Of a stretch of 15,118 nucleotides of DNA, positions 14,343-15,118 are shown piece by piece. The DNA is from a virus. Its lineage: Duplodnaviria > Heunggongvirae > Uroviricota > Caudoviricetes. A program made the position numbers and the translations under genes. Position 1 is the first letter of the stretch. Every line of letters begins with the position of its first letter. The stretch lies in IMG/VR virus record IMGVR_UViG_2740892439_000020, positions 1-15,118 of that record; one strand, written 5' to 3'. The notes under the pieces are model-generated. The model saw nothing but the letters and a program-made list of their open reading frames with translations, was not told where the DNA came from and did no database searches.

Positions 14343-14385
14343 TTATTCCTAATTAAATAGAGCAAATCCCTTATTGGGCTAAGAC

Positions 14386-14709
14386 ATGAAGATGCCAGAA
14401 AAACATGACCTGTTAGCCGCCATTCTCGCGGCAAAGGAACAAGGCATCGGGGCAATCCTTGCGTTTGCAATGGCGTACCTTCGCGGCAGATATAATGGCG
14501 GTGCGTTTACAAAAACAGTAATCGACGCAACGATGTGCGCCATTATCGCCTGGTTCATTCGTGACCTTCTCGACTTCGCCGGACTAAGTAGCAATCTCGC
14601 TTATATAACGAGCGTGTTCATCGGCTACATCGGTACTGACTCGATTGGTTCGCTTATCAAACGCTTCGCTGCTAAAAAAGCCGGAATAGAAGATGGTGGA
14701 AATCAATAA
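14386..14709 (+). CDS. S: holin S (lambda S107/S105 dual-start class I holin)
   Basis: 107 aa; Met1-Lys2-Met3 dual-start motif; three TM segments; small CCC-TTATT-GGG hairpin (14368-14378) just upstream as for the lambda sdi structure. Confidence 0.9.
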   Translation: MKMPEKHDLLAAILAAKEQGIGAILAFAMAYLRGRYNGGAFTKTVIDATMCAIIAWFIRDLLDFAGLSSNLAYITSVFIGYIGTDSIGSLIKRFAAKKAGIEDGGNQ

Positions 14710-15118
14710 TCAACGTAAGGCGTTCCTCGATATGCTGGCGTGGTCAGAGGGAACTGATAACGGACGGCAGAAAACCAGAAATCATGGTTATGACGTCATT
14801 GTTGGCGGAGAGCTATTCACTGATTACTCCGATCACCCTCGCAAACTTGTCACGCTAAACCCCAAACTCAAATCAACAGCCGCCGGACGCTACCAGCTTC
14901 TTTCCCGTTGGTGGGATGCCTACCGTAAGCAGCTTGGCCTGAAAGACTTCTCTCCGAAAAGCCAGGACGCTGTGGCACTGCAACAGATTAAAGAGCGTGG
15001 CGCTTTACCGATGATTGACCACGGTGATATTCGTCAGGCTATCGACCGTTGCAGCAATATCTGGCTTCACTGCCGGGAGCTGGTTATGGTCAGTTCGAGC
15101 ATAAGGCTGACAGCCTGA
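14693..15118 (+). CDS. R: endolysin R (lytic transglycosylase), C-terminus altered by an apparent 1-bp deletion frameshift
   Basis: overlaps S by 17 nt as in lambda; residues 1-123 match lambda R ([35 protein letters not shown]...); final 18 codons are out of frame relative to lambda R and end at the last triplet of the window. Confidence 0.85.
   Translation: MVEINNQRKAFLDMLAWSEGTDNGRQKTRNHGYDVIVGGELFTDYSDHPRKLVTLNPKLKSTAAGRYQLLSRWWDAYRKQLGLKDFSPKSQDAVALQQIKERGALPMIDHGDIRQAIDRCSNIWLHCRELVMVSSSIRLTA

Noticed and set aside
1-15118. Search for CRISPR arrays, tRNA/rRNA genes, integrase/attachment site and transposase/IS elements
   Set aside because: No direct-repeat/spacer periodicity, no tRNA-like cloverleaf candidates and no transposase-like ORF were seen; the integrase and att site expected next to xis would lie beyond position 1, outside the window

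Overview
This 15.1 kb window is a contiguous stretch of a lambdoid temperate phage or prophage from an enterobacterial host, in lambda map orientation, and reads as a lambda/P22/phi21-type mosaic. Minus strand, left to right: xis-like gene at the window edge, a run of small accessory genes (two unknowns, a Cys-containing possible Ea8.5-like gene, an Ea22-like/DUF551 protein, three more small unknowns), a recombination module (DEDDh 3'-5' exonuclease, SSB, single-strand annealing protein), a kil-position small gene, cIII-like, a two-TM membrane protein, a 28-aa acidic mini-ORF, N with nutL and pL/OL, then a C2/CI-type LexA-like repressor. Plus strand: OR/pR, cro, nutR, CII-like activator, a small basic ORF, O-like initiator with internal iterons, DnaB-family helicase, tR2-like terminator, nin region (NinB, NinE, NinX-like, NinF, NinG, NinH, NinI phosphatase), Q, pR'/qut, holin S and endolysin R. 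No rRNA, tRNA, CRISPR array or transposase was seen. Most worth a second look: an apparent 1-bp frameshift truncating R, a possible frameshift at the 3' end of the O-like gene, a repeated hairpin plus T-tract element family, and several unlisted small ORFs with good translation signals. All family assignments are from reading the translations and from memory of lambda/P22 proteins; no database search was run.
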